From an uncultured delta proteobacterium (GTDB taxonomy: Bacteria > Desulfobacterota > Syntrophorhabdia > Syntrophorhabdales > WCHB1-27): DNA of 64,000 bases. Shown piece by piece: positions 9,395 to 18,955 of this stretch. Position 1 is the stretch's first letter, and every line of letters starts with the position of its first letter. Where the stretch lies: contig CAVVPU010000053.1 in the NCBI GenBank assembly GCA_963750015.1, positions 3,104 through 67,103 on the forward strand. The letters run 5' to 3'. Under the pieces are notes generated by a model. That model saw nothing but the letters and a program-made list of their open reading frames with translations. It was not told the DNA's origin and ran no database searches. The translations under genes were made by a program, and so were the position numbers.

Positions 9395-9520
9395 CGGACG
9401 AGGGACGAGAAAAGACATCCCGAAACTCGAATCGCGAATCGCGAAAGTTAACGACAAAAGAGCGACCGACCCCCTCACCCTACCCTCTCCCCTCACCGAG
9501 GGCGAGGGAAAAAAGAGCAT
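9395..9520 (+). repeat. S module: repeat found upstream of two B copies
   Basis: ..GAAACTCGAATCGCGAATCGCGAAAGTTAAC..AAAAGAGCGACCGACCCCCTCACCCTACCCTCTCCCCTCA..GGCGAGGG recurs at 54700-54835. Confidence 0.75.
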
Positions 9521-9529
9521 GTTGCCCTT

Positions 9530-9777
9530 GGCGGCCTCAAGGGACGCCGCCCTTATTCAATTGGTGTTGGTGTGTACATCCTATGAGGGCCGGAGCCGCG
9601 GACCAAAGGATACGGCGACCCGTGTCATCGGGCGGTCGCATGAAGGGGATGCGTCATAGGTGGATGAGATTTGAGCCTTATCGGCCGCAGGCGTACTTTC
9701 GTACGCCGGAGGGCATACGGCGAAAAGATCGCCGCATAGGGCGTATTCCCTTCATGCGACCGGCCACACCTCGTGCC
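9530..9777 (+). repeat. Family-B structured repeat, long variant (copy B2, forward)
   Basis: Has the 5' hairpin GGCGGCC..GCCGCC, then CTTATTCAATTGGTG..CCTATGAGGGCCGGAGCCGCGG. A long stem pairs GGCGGTCGCATGAAGGGGATGCG with CGTATTCCCTTCATGCGACCGGCC. An inner hairpin GGCGTAC-TTTC-GTACGCC is present. Confidence 0.85.
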
Positions 9778-10042
9778 TTCATATGCCCTTGCCTCTGTAT
9801 TTTGCCTCTCGCCCCTTTGTCCCTTCGCCCATAGAGCCCCTTCGCCTCGTCCTGGACGAATTATAACGGGTTGATACCCGAGCTATATATGCACCCGAGC
9901 AGGATCAGCCCCGCATTGACGGCCTTTGTTCTTGCATTGTGCCCTGTTATCGTGTTAATCCCTATTATCGAGATATCGGTATTCCAAGCACCCAAGCCCG
10001 ATCGCCGATCCTCTTCACTTTTCCTCATACTCGGGAGGCTTT

Positions 10043-11281
10043 TTGAATAAGATAAAGGGCTCGCCTTTCTTCAGCAGGATCAGGAAGATCGATCCTACCA
10101 TTCTGTCGCTGACTATCGGTCATGGATTCACCGATTGGTATCTGGGCACCTTAACCGTCATTATCCCCTATCTCGCCATTGACATGGGGCTCAACTACAG
10201 CCAGGTGGGGTTCCTCATGGGCTGGAACTCCTTTTCCAGCTTCTTCGTGAACCTGCCGGGCGGCTTCATCGTCGACACCATAGGCCAAACCAGGCTACTT
10301 CTGGGACTGGCCCTGCTCCTTACCGGTCTGCCCTATATGTGCCTCGCCTTCGCCGTCAACTACCTGACGGCTATGATCGTGGTGACCTTCACGGGGATAG
10401 GTGCGAACCTGTGGCACCCGGCAGCTTTCTCTTTCCTCGCCAAACGCTATCCGGACCGGAAAGGCTTCGCCATGGCCGTCCATATCCTCGGAGGCAACCT
10501 CGGGACCACCCTGGCCCCTCTGGCCCTCGGCTTTGCCCTCACCTACACTGCATGGCGGCATGTGCTGGTCCTCAACTTTCTGCCCGGTCTCATCATGACA
10601 ATCGTCTTGTGGAAGCTCCTCGCCAAGACGGGGGACGTCATGGCCAAAGCCAAGGGGAAGCAGCTTTCGGTCGCCCAATATTGGACAGCCGCAAAAACCA
10701 TGTTCCGGAACAGGCATATCCTCCTTCTCTGTGTGCTGGCCGGTATGCGAACCATGACGCAGTCGGGGCTCTTCACGTTTCTTCCCCTCTACCTGGTCCA
10801 CGACCTGAAATACTCCCCTGCCCTTCTCGGAATCTATCTCACCGTTATCCGGGGAGTCGGCACTTTGGCCGCTCCCGTAATGGGAAAGATCTCGGACTCG
10901 AGGGGAAGGCGTCCGGTGCTTACCATGGGACTTACGGTGACGAGCCTGCTTCTGGTGGCCCTGGTCGTGCTTAAGCTCCATTACCTGTTCATCGCCGTTC
11001 TGGCGATTCTCTGTTTCTTCCTCTTTTCCTTATCGCCGGTCATGCTTGCGTGGATGACGGACCTGGCGCCGAAAAACATGGAAGGCACGACAGTGAGCGC
11101 CCTCTTCGGTATCCAATCGCTCTTTGCGGGGCTTGCGCCTCCGGCGTGCGGCCTCATTGCCGACCGCTACGGACTCCTCTACACCTTCTATTTCCTGGCA
11201 GCCACGGTCTTCGCGGCGAACTTCCTGGTCTATCTGATACCGGAAAAGGCGGTTGAGGAGGAAGCTGCCTTGGCAAGTTAA
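10043..11281 (+). CDS. MFS transporter
   Basis: About 12 hydrophobic segments over 412 aa. TTG start lies 4 nt after GGGAGG. No substrate can be inferred. Confidence 0.8.
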   Translation: MNKIKGSPFFSRIRKIDPTILSLTIGHGFTDWYLGTLTVIIPYLAIDMGLNYSQVGFLMGWNSFSSFFVNLPGGFIVDTIGQTRLLLGLALLLTGLPYMCLAFAVNYLTAMIVVTFTGIGANLWHPAAFSFLAKRYPDRKGFAMAVHILGGNLGTTLAPLALGFALTYTAWRHVLVLNFLPGLIMTIVLWKLLAKTGDVMAKAKGKQLSVAQYWTAAKTMFRNRHILLLCVLAGMRTMTQSGLFTFLPLYLVHDLKYSPALLGIYLTVIRGVGTLAAPVMGKISDSRGRRPVLTMGLTVTSLLLVALVVLKLHYLFIAVLAILCFFLFSLSPVMLAWMTDLAPKNMEGTTVSALFGIQSLFAGLAPPACGLIADRYGLLYTFYFLAATVFAANFLVYLIPEKAVEEEAALAS

Positions 11282-11354
11282 CCCTCCGTCACATCGGGTT
11301 TGCTCTTGAAGTCCGGTCGGTTTCTTGTTGATAGGTAAGAGGGAGGGAAAAATG

Positions 11355-11428
<74 letters not shown>

Positions 11429-11634
11429 ATCTTCTATGGCATAGAGTATACACAAAACAGCGAAAAAACTGTAGTGGATTCTGGACTCTCCCGCATAAAT
11501 CATGGGGCATGAAAGGGTTTACGGGGGTCTTTACGCGATCGATGCCGGATGTCCACCGGGGCTCGCGCCCGTGTAAAATCAGTTGACACCGGAGGGCAAC
11601 GCTGTTACCTTTAGAAAAACTTATGGAGGGGAGT

Positions 11635-11850
11635 ATGTCGTTGGATGGCAGGGTCGCAAGGGTGACGGAAGTCATCGCAGGGTCGCCGAAGAGCTTTGAT
11701 GACGCAGTCATGGTGGGTTTCAAAAGGGCCACAAAGACGCTCAGGGGCATCACCGGCCTTAAGGTCAAGGACTGGCGGGCAAAGGTGGAAGACGGCAAGA
11801 TCATCGAGTACAGGGTAACTCTGGAAGTGCTCTTCGTCCTGGAGAGCTAG
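11635..11850 (+). CDS. dodecin family flavin-binding protein
   Basis: About 71 aa. VARVTEVIAGSPKSFDDAVMVGFKRATKTLRGITGLKVKDWRAKVEDGKIIEYRVTLEV matches the dodecin pattern. ATG 11635 follows GGAGGGG. Confidence 0.8.
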   Translation: MSLDGRVARVTEVIAGSPKSFDDAVMVGFKRATKTLRGITGLKVKDWRAKVEDGKIIEYRVTLEVLFVLES

Positions 11851-12782
11851 AGCCGGAGGCCGGCATTATCCGGGCAGCCGCGCAGATGCCAGGCGATAAG
11901 CCTGAAGTAGTAGTTGTACTTCCGCCTCATCGACCTATCCAACAAAAGAAAAGGAAGTAGAGTGACGGGGAGCAGGAAAAGGAGCGCCTTCCCTGCCCTG
12001 ATTGCCACAAAAGTCCGGTAGTAGATCCTCGACCGATACTTTTTGAGAAACTTATAGAGGGATATGGAATACTCTATCCTCCCTGCGACCCAGGACTTTC
12101 GTATCGTCTTACCCTGAAGGTGTATGAGGCGGGCGCCGGGAAAAAAGACCACACCAAAGCCCTTCCTGCCCGCCCGGAGACAGAAATCGGTCTCTTCGAG
12201 ATAGAAAAAGAACCTCTCGTCGAAGCCGTCGAGGCTATCCAGGACCGATCTACGCACGAGCATTGCCGCACCGATCAGGGATTCCACCTGAATTGGATCG
12301 GAAACACCCCTTCCCTTCGTCCTGAACCCGCCGGGAAGAAGCCTTTCGAGCAAGGAACGGGGAAGCAGCTCGAGGGCGAGGGAGGGCGTCAGGGCAAAGG
12401 AACGCTGGGGCCGCAGGTCCTCGTAGACGAGCTGGGGCCCGACTATGCCTACCCTATCCTCCCGGGCCACGTAGTCGAGCATCTTGGACAACTCTCCCGG
12501 AATAAGGCGGGTGTCCGAGTTAAGAAGAAGAACGAATTCGCCTGTCGAGCGCCGGTATCCCAGATTCACTGCCGCCGCGAAACCCCTGTTCTCCTCGTTT
12601 CTGACGAGGTGAACCCCCGGGAACCTCGGGGCCAGCATAGCGTCCGTCCCGTCCGTCGACCCGTTGTCCACGACGACGATCTCCGTATCATGCTTTGAAA
12701 GCGACGAGTCGGCCTCGATGGACGCCAGAAGCGATTGAAGAAGGTCCCTGTTGTTCCGGGCTATAATGATGATAGAAAGCAC
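11847..12782 (-). CDS. family 2 glycosyltransferase
   Basis: Has SIIIIARNN.., VVDNGSTDGT and LLLNSDT. Start trimmed to GTG 12782 because the longer ORF overlaps the upstream aminotransferase by ~100 nt. Confidence 0.8.
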   Translation of the reverse strand: MLSIIIIARNNRDLLQSLLASIEADSSLSKHDTEIVVVDNGSTDGTDAMLAPRFPGVHLVRNEENRGFAAAVNLGYRRSTGEFVLLLNSDTRLIPGELSKMLDYVAREDRVGIVGPQLVYEDLRPQRSFALTPSLALELLPRSLLERLLPGGFRTKGRGVSDPIQVESLIGAAMLVRRSVLDSLDGFDERFFFYLEETDFCLRAGRKGFGVVFFPGARLIHLQGKTIRKSWVAGRIEYSISLYKFLKKYRSRIYYRTFVAIRAGKALLFLLPVTLLPFLLLDRSMRRKYNYYFRLIAWHLRGCPDNAGLRL

Positions 12783-12837
12783 GCACTTATAGTAGCTTAA
12801 GGAGCTTAAGGAGCGCAAGAGCCGGGCCGGCTTAAGT

Positions 12838-13935
12838 TCAGACCATACTGTTGAGAATCTCGATGCCTTTGACGATCGCTTCCTCGCCCGCAGCGAAGGA
12901 TATGCGAAAATGGGTCGCCTTCCTGGAAAAGACACTCCCCGGTATGATGAAGAGCCGATTTTTGATGGCCCGCTCTACGAAAGCGTCACCATCCCCACCC
13001 GGTGCCTCGGGAAAGGCATAATAGGCTCCCAAGGGCTTTGCAAGACGGAACTTGTCTTTGAGACCGTCATAGATAAGGTCCCTTTTCCCGACGAAAGTCT
13101 CAATGAGGGGCTTCGTGTCAAAATCGAGGGCAAGGAGGGCGGCCTTCTGGGCGATCGAATTGACGCTCGAGAAGACATACTGCTGCATGGTGACCATGCT
13201 GTCGATAATCTCCTTGGGGCCCGCCACGTACCCCAGACGCCACCCCGTCATGCCCCAATTCTTGGAAAATCCTCCGAAGGTCAGGGTGTTCTCGTAGAGC
13301 TGCCCCAGGTAAGTCCGGGGCTCCTGTGGATCGAAGACGAAGTGGTCGTAGATATCGTCGGAGAAGACGAGGACGTTCTTCTCCCTTGCCACACGCGCCA
13401 CCATGGCAAGCTCCTCCCCCGAATTGACGGCTCCGGTGGGATTGTTGGGGCTGTTGATGAGGATGGCCCTCGTCCTCTCGGAAAAGGCTGCCCTCAGATC
13501 GTCTTCACGCAGGGTGAAATCGGGATAGGTATCGAAGAAGACCGGCTTGCCGCCGAGAAGAAGGATCTGATACTCGTAGAGGACGAAGTAGGGGTCCGGG
13601 ATTATTATCTCGTCACCGGGGTTGAGAGTGACCAAAAGAGAGAGAAGGAGACCCCCCGTGACCCCCGGCGTCACGATCACGTCTTCGCACATGATCCCTT
13701 TGTTATGGAGATAATGGAGTATTTTTTCGCGAAGCTCGGGGAGCCCGCCCGAAGGGGTGTACTTATTGAAGCCCTTTCTTATCCACCTAATGCCTTCTTC
13801 CTTGATCGACTCGGGTATGTCGAAATCGGGCTCGCCCAGGCTCAGATCGACGGGGTCTTTCACGGTCCTCGCCAGATCGAATATCTTCCTCACCCCGGAC
13901 GGCCGTATGTTTTGCACTCTATCGGAAAGCCACAT
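12838..13935 (-). CDS. class I/II PLP-dependent aminotransferase
   Basis: Has ILINSPNNPTGAV and FGGFSKNWGMTGWRLGY (SxSK lysine motif). Confidence 0.85.
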   Translation of the reverse strand: MWLSDRVQNIRPSGVRKIFDLARTVKDPVDLSLGEPDFDIPESIKEEGIRWIRKGFNKYTPSGGLPELREKILHYLHNKGIMCEDVIVTPGVTGGLLLSLLVTLNPGDEIIIPDPYFVLYEYQILLLGGKPVFFDTYPDFTLREDDLRAAFSERTRAILINSPNNPTGAVNSGEELAMVARVAREKNVLVFSDDIYDHFVFDPQEPRTYLGQLYENTLTFGGFSKNWGMTGWRLGYVAGPKEIIDSMVTMQQYVFSSVNSIAQKAALLALDFDTKPLIETFVGKRDLIYDGLKDKFRLAKPLGAYYAFPEAPGGDGDAFVERAIKNRLFIIPGSVFSRKATHFRISFAAGEEAIVKGIEILNSMV

Positions 13936-14047
13936 AACTCCTCACTCAATGTCTCGCGTAGCGTTTAGCCTAATCCGTATAAGCAGCAGAATCCAGAAAA
14001 AAATGTAGACAGGGAAAATTGGTGGCTGCCCTGCGCTTCTTCTTTTC

Positions 14048-14554
14048 TCATGCACCTTTTCTTTCAAAAAGGTCCATGTTTCTGTTGATGTACTGAATGT
14101 GTTTGTCGAAGTGTTGGGTATAGATCGACAGTATCATCCTAAGATTGATTCGCCCGAAATCCGGGTGCTGAATGCCATAAGTCGTCATCTCCTCATCGGT
14201 CATGGTGGAGACGTGCCGAAGCGTTATGCTTCTCAGAAGCCTTATGATCTCCAAGGAGTCATCGATATCTTGGGAAGAATACCCGAGCAGGCTGTTGCTT
14301 GCGTCAACCTCTCCACCTCCGAGCCTGAGGTCTACCCCGGGCTCGGCGACCGCGTTTCTATACCGGATGAAGGCCCTGATCTCCACATCCATCAAATGGG
14401 CCAAATGCTCCCTTATAGACCACGCCTCTTGGAGGTCGGGGACAAAATCGACTGCGCCCGGGGGCAAGGCCTCTATCATTCCTTTGAGCCTTGGCCAGTC
14501 ACTCTCGTATTTTGCCAAGAGATGTTTTCTGTCGGTTAATTCAAAAAAATCCAT
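14048..14554 (-). CDS. DinB-family (DinB_2-like) protein
   Basis: Reads MDFFELTDRKHLLAKYESDWPRL..IREHLAHLMDVE... Size and His pattern fit DinB-like helical bundles. Confidence 0.7.
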   Translation of the reverse strand: MDFFELTDRKHLLAKYESDWPRLKGMIEALPPGAVDFVPDLQEAWSIREHLAHLMDVEIRAFIRYRNAVAEPGVDLRLGGGEVDASNSLLGYSSQDIDDSLEIIRLLRSITLRHVSTMTDEEMTTYGIQHPDFGRINLRMILSIYTQHFDKHIQYINRNMDLFERKGA

Positions 14555-14659
14555 CGTTGAACCTCCGACCGCGCAGGTCTGTTCTTGCCGCATAACGTGG
14601 AGTTCGCCCGCGCCGCGTCCTTCTCATCCTGCTGGGCGGAAGGCATTGTTCGCTCTAAT

Positions 14660-14887
14660 TCACAGTAGTTTTTCAAATTCGTCAACACCCAGCCTTGCCT
14701 GCTTCAGGATGTGCGAAAGCGTGGAACGCTTCAGTGGCCGATGGGCCGGAAGCGTTAGCTTGAGGACTTCGGCAGCAGTTCGTTTCTGAAGGCGCACGTG
14801 GCTTCCTTTCTGCCTTACCACAACCCATCCATCTCGCTGTAATGCTCGAATAATCTGGTCGTACGGCAGGCTCGGGACTTTGGTCAT
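14660..14887 (-). CDS. hicA: HicA-family mRNA interferase toxin
   Basis: 75 aa. ..IIRALQRDGWVVVRQKGSHVRLQK.. is the HicA/YcfA signature. Overlaps the upstream antitoxin stop by 4 nt. Confidence 0.85.
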   Translation of the reverse strand: MTKVPSLPYDQIIRALQRDGWVVVRQKGSHVRLQKRTAAEVLKLTLPAHRPLKRSTLSHILKQARLGVDEFEKLL

Positions 14888-15087
14888 ACCGCCAATTCGA
14901 CTGTCTCGGCATTCGGTGCGAGAATTTGGTCGTCCTCGACGGGTTCAAGATAAAGTTCGATGGCTTCCCGTATGTTTTTCAAAGCATCTTCTTTGGTCTC
15001 CCCTTCGCTGATGCAGCCGGGCAGCGAAGGAGCGATAGCCGTGTAGCCGCCCTCCTCGCTCGGTTCCAATACGATCCTTAGCCTCAT
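14884..15087 (-). CDS. hicB: HicB-family antitoxin (UPF0150)
   Basis: Reads MRLRIVLEPSEEGGYTAIAPSLPGCISEGETKEDALKNIREAIELYLE. ATG 15087 lies 5 nt after GAGGTG. Confidence 0.85.
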   Translation of the reverse strand: MRLRIVLEPSEEGGYTAIAPSLPGCISEGETKEDALKNIREAIELYLEPVEDDQILAPNAETVELAV

Positions 15088-15206
15088 AATTTCACCTCGT
15101 CCCAAAAGTATACACCATTCCGAAAAACAGGCGTAGTTTCTTGGGATGTTGCTTCCAACGTTTCTCGGCTGATTTGATGTCCCTTACCTTTTTTCCCTTT
15201 GCCTTT

Positions 15207-15276
15207 GGCGGCCTCAAAGGGACGCCGCTCTTATTCAATTGTTGCTGGTGTGTGTATCCTATGAAGGCCGGAGCCG
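15207..15276 (+). repeat. Family-B repeat, 5' fragment (copy B3)
   Basis: GGCGGCCTCAAAGGGACGCCGCTCTTATTCAATTGTTGCTGGTGTGTGTATCCTATGAAGGCCGGAGCCGG, then it diverges into another hairpin-rich sequence. Confidence 0.75.
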
Positions 15277-15454
15277 GAAAGGACAGAGGGGAGCGGAGAG
15301 ATCGTCCCTTCGGGACTGGGGAGCGGGGAGAGAAAGAGCTTTTTTGCTCCCCAGCGAGTAGAACGAGCGGTCTCCCATCTCCCATCTCCCCTCCCCTTTG
15401 TGCTCACCCCTCCCCTCTTGATCGACCCTGCCCCATACTCGGCAAATTCACCGC

Positions 15455-16822
15455 CTAGGGCTTGGGGAACTTCTCCAGGTCCTTCATTGCCCTCTGAATA
15501 TCCTCATCCTCCAGGACCGCATCTTCGAGCTTTCCCGACAGGAAAGCGTCATAGGCGGCCAGGTCGATGAGACCGTGGCCGCTCCAGTTCATGAGAATCA
15601 CCCGCTCCTTGCCCTCTTCTTTGGCTCGCTTCGCTTCCTCGATCACGCAGGCAATGGCGTGGTTGGTCTCCGGCGCAGGCACAAAACCCTCGGTCCGGGC
15701 AAAGGTGAGGCCCGCGGCAAAGGTCTGGGTCTGGGCATAGGCCCTCGCCTCGATCAGCCCCTCGGAGAATACCTTGCTTACCAGGGGCGCCATACCGTGG
15801 TACCTCAGGCCTCCCGCGTGAATGGGAGCGGGCATGAAGGAATGGCCGAGGGAATGCATGGGCATGAGGGGTGTCTTCCCTGCGGTATCCCCGAAATCAT
15901 AGACAAAGGGACCCTTGGTCAGGGTGGGGCAGGAGGCAGGCTCGCACGCGACCACCCGCACGTCCTTGCCGTTCATCTTATCCCTTAGGAAGGGGAATGT
16001 GAGGCCCGCAAAATTGCTGCCGCCGCCGACGCAGGCGATCACTACGTCGGGGTACTCTCCCGTCTTCTCCATCTGTTGCCGGGCCTCGAGGCCGATCACG
16101 GTCTGATGCATGAGCACGTGGTTGAGCACGCTTCCCAGGGAGTACTTGGTGTCCCGGGAACTCATCGCGTCCTCGACCGCCTCGCTGATGGCAATGCCCA
16201 GCGAGCCCGTGTGTTCGGGGTTCCGGGCGAGGAATCCCCTGCCCACCGCTGTATCGGGACTCGGGCTGGCCACACAACTCGCGCCCCATGTCTCCATGAG
16301 CATCTTCCTGTAAGGCTTTTGATTGTAGCTCACCCGCACCATATAGACCTTCAGCTCAAGACCGAACTGGTTGCAGGCAAAGGCGAGAGCACACCCCCAC
16401 TGGCCTGCCCCGGTTTCCGTGGTGATCCTCTTCACGCCGGCCATCTTGTTGTAATAGGCCTGAGGCAGAGCGGTGTTCGGCTTGTGGCTGCCTGCGGGGC
16501 TCACCCCCTCGTGCTTGAAGTAGATGTGGGCCGGTGTGCCGAGGAATTTCTCCAGCCGCAAAGCGCGGTAGAGGGGCGTCGGCCTCCAGATGAGCAATCT
16601 TTCAAGGACGGCCTCGGGTATGTCCACCCACCGTTCGGCGCTCATCTCCTGCTCCAAAAGACTCATAGGGAAGAAGCTCAAATCATCGGGGCTCGCGGGC
16701 TGACCCGTGACAGGGTTGAGCGGCGGAAGCAGCGGCGTGCCCAGATCGGCCTGGATGTTGTACCATTGTCTGGGCATCTCCTTTTCGTCGAGCAGTATTT
16801 TCGTGTTCATCTCTTCCTCCAT
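15455..16822 (-). CDS. trpB2: TrpB2-type tryptophan synthase beta-like PLP enzyme
   Basis: 455 aa with the long N-terminal extension typical of TrpB2. PLP lysine motif GSHKPNTA is present. ATG 16810 (after GGAGG) is an alternative start. No trpA or other trp genes are nearby. Confidence 0.9.
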   Translation of the reverse strand: MEEEMNTKILLDEKEMPRQWYNIQADLGTPLLPPLNPVTGQPASPDDLSFFPMSLLEQEMSAERWVDIPEAVLERLLIWRPTPLYRALRLEKFLGTPAHIYFKHEGVSPAGSHKPNTALPQAYYNKMAGVKRITTETGAGQWGCALAFACNQFGLELKVYMVRVSYNQKPYRKMLMETWGASCVASPSPDTAVGRGFLARNPEHTGSLGIAISEAVEDAMSSRDTKYSLGSVLNHVLMHQTVIGLEARQQMEKTGEYPDVVIACVGGGSNFAGLTFPFLRDKMNGKDVRVVACEPASCPTLTKGPFVYDFGDTAGKTPLMPMHSLGHSFMPAPIHAGGLRYHGMAPLVSKVFSEGLIEARAYAQTQTFAAGLTFARTEGFVPAPETNHAIACVIEEAKRAKEEGKERVILMNWSGHGLIDLAAYDAFLSGKLEDAVLEDEDIQRAMKDLEKFPKP

Positions 16823-16845
16823 CCGTGAAATTTACCCGTGGTCGA

Positions 16846-16935
16846 ACAAAAAGGGCCATGAATCTTACAGACTCATGGCCCACAAAAAAAAGGCCATGAG
16901 CAGTTTGAAACCGCACATGGCCCCATGATAGCGGT
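16846..16935 (-). promoter_or_regulatory. two tandem terminator-like hairpins in the trpB2 leader (candidate attenuator)
   Basis: On the minus strand: GGCCATG..CATGGCC followed by T8, then GGGCCATGA..TCATGGCCC followed by T5. The inner arms (CTCATGGCC / GGGCCATGAG) are mutually complementary. Confidence 0.4.
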
Positions 16936-17220
16936 CTCACCGTTTAAAGATGCACCACCACCATGCGCAGACAAGTGTCGTATTTGGTCTTCCGGGCATA
17001 CTTTCATGTAACACGGCTAAAGCGGGCTGTCAAGAGAATTTTAGCAAACACCTTGCGAATACAGGCTTAATCTGTTACAATGTATTGATTTTAGGCCGGT
17101 TCGTCGGAGCTTCCGAAAGCCTGGTTCGAACTCCTTGACCAAGTAGAAAAGAAAAAGCTTGTTGCCGGATAGGAGGTCGGATACAATGGGAATGGAGCGC
17201 CCTGGGCGAAAGAACGAAGC

Positions 17221-17249
17221 TTGACAATGGCCGAAAAAATGCTATATTT
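17221..17249 (+). promoter_or_regulatory. sigma70-like promoter (TTGACA-16-TGcTATATT)
   Basis: TTGACA at 17221-17226 and TATATT at 17243-17248, with a TG extended -10. It sits in an AT-richer spacer upstream of rpoD. Confidence 0.4.
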
Positions 17250-17282
17250 AGAAGAAGTCTGCAGGTTTTTAGCCTATGCAGT

Positions 17283-17319
17283 AAAAAAATGCCCTCTGAA
17301 AAGCAAGGGCATTTTTTTA
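17283..17319 (+). terminator. intrinsic-terminator-like hairpin 18 nt upstream of the rpoD start codon
   Basis: A7-ATGCCCT-CTGAAAAGCA-AGGGCAT-T7 (stem 17289-17295 / 17306-17312). Confidence 0.45.
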
Positions 17320-17336
17320 CACTCGGAGAAAAGTAG

Positions 17337-18854
17337 ATGAGCATAAAGAACTTCGATCAGATTAAGACGTTAATCGACATCGGTATGGAGAAGGGATACC
17401 TCACTCCCGATGAGATAAATGACTTCTTGCCGCAGAATATCTTCTCTCCTGAGGACATAGAAGACATATTCGACTTCCTCTCGGAGTCGAATATCGACGT
17501 GGTCGAGACTATAAAAGAAAAAATCGAGACCGCGGAAGAGGAGCCTCACGAGTGGGAAGAGGCGGAACGCTTCCCTACGGAAAAGACGGACAACATCATC
17601 TGGGCGTATCTGAAGGATATCGGCAGGATATCGCTTCTCTCGTCCGAGGAAGAATACGATATAGCTAAGAGGATAGAGGAGGGCGAGGCGCGAATCAGAA
17701 GCCGCCTCTTCGACATGCCCCTGGCAATCACCGAACTTCAGGAGTTGGTCAACCAGATCAAGAAAGAGACAATCAACATCATCGACGTGGTCAAGAACAT
17801 CGATGAGATGAACTATACGAAAAAAGACGAGGAACAGCACAAGAAGAAAATCATAACCCTCTCCAACAGTCTCAAGAACCTCCACGAAAAGAGGGAGGAG
17901 ATGAAGAAACAGTTGGGGCCTGGCGTGGACGAATTCACCAAGAAGCAGACCGAGAAGAAGCTCGCCGCCTCCGGCAGTAAGATCGAGGAGGTCCTCACGA
18001 ACCTCGGCCTCCAGAAAAAGGTGCTGGAGGAGATTACGAGAAGGGTCCAGAAGCGTGCAAAGTTCCTCGACGACAAAGAGGCCCGGTCGGTAGAGGCAAA
18101 CCTTCGTGAGATGGAGCTCGTCGAAAGGGAGCTGAAAGTCGTCAAGAACCGCCTGATCAAGGCGAACCTGAGGCTTGTGATTAACATTGCCAAGAAGTAC
18201 CTGAACAGAGGGCTTTCCTTCCTCGATCTCATACAGGAAGGCAACATGGGCCTCATGAAGGCGGCCGAGAAGTACGACTACCAGAAAGGCTACAAGTTCT
18301 CCACGTACTCTACGTGGTGGATAAGGCAGGCCATAACACGGGCCATCGCCGATTACGCCCGGACGATCAGGGTGCCGGTGCACGTGCTCGAAACTATGAA
18401 CAAGATCACGAAGGTGACCATATCCCTCTTTCAGGAGTTGGGAAGAGAGCCGACTCTCGAGGAGATTTCGGCCAAAGCCGCCCTGCCCCTGGAAAAGGTG
18501 CGGAAGATAATGAAGGTCTCCAATGAGCCCATCTCGATAGAGACGCCCATCGGTGATGATGATTCGAAGCTCGGGGATTTCATCGCCGATCCCAAGTCAC
18601 CCTCCCCCTTCGAGGAGCTTGTCAACATCTCGTGCAAAGAGGAGATCGATAAGGTCCTTTCCACCCTCACCCCGCGAGAGGAGAAGGTCATCAGGATGAG
18701 ACTCGGCATTGGGGAGAAGACCGATTACACCCTTGAAGAAGTGGGCGATGTTTTCGGACTTACGAGGGAGAGGATCAGGCAGATAGAGGCCAAGGCCCTA
18801 CGCAAGCTGAAACACCCTTCAAGAAGAAAAAGGCTCGAGAGCTTCCTCGAGTAG
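17337..18854 (+). CDS. rpoD: primary RNA polymerase sigma factor
   Basis: Has [43 protein letters not shown] (region 2) and [48 protein letters not shown] (region 4). Confidence 0.95.
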   Translation: MSIKNFDQIKTLIDIGMEKGYLTPDEINDFLPQNIFSPEDIEDIFDFLSESNIDVVETIKEKIETAEEEPHEWEEAERFPTEKTDNIIWAYLKDIGRISLLSSEEEYDIAKRIEEGEARIRSRLFDMPLAITELQELVNQIKKETINIIDVVKNIDEMNYTKKDEEQHKKKIITLSNSLKNLHEKREEMKKQLGPGVDEFTKKQTEKKLAASGSKIEEVLTNLGLQKKVLEEITRRVQKRAKFLDDKEARSVEANLREMELVERELKVVKNRLIKANLRLVINIAKKYLNRGLSFLDLIQEGNMGLMKAAEKYDYQKGYKFSTYSTWWIRQAITRAIADYARTIRVPVHVLETMNKITKVTISLFQELGREPTLEEISAKAALPLEKVRKIMKVSNEPISIETPIGDDDSKLGDFIADPKSPSPFEELVNISCKEEIDKVLSTLTPREEKVIRMRLGIGEKTDYTLEEVGDVFGLTRERIRQIEAKALRKLKHPSRRKRLESFLE

Positions 18855-18916
18855 GGGTGAAACACTGCAAAGAATCCGACCGCCTGGGTTTTTCGGCTGG
18901 CAGGCGTGTCCGTCAG

Positions 18917-18948
18917 ATATCCCGGACTTGTTCCGGGATATTTTCTTC
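18917..18948 (+). terminator. rho-independent terminator after rpoD
   Basis: ATATCCCGG-ACTTGTT-CCGGGATAT followed by TTTCTT. Confidence 0.55.
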
Positions 18949-18955
18949 CGTCCTC

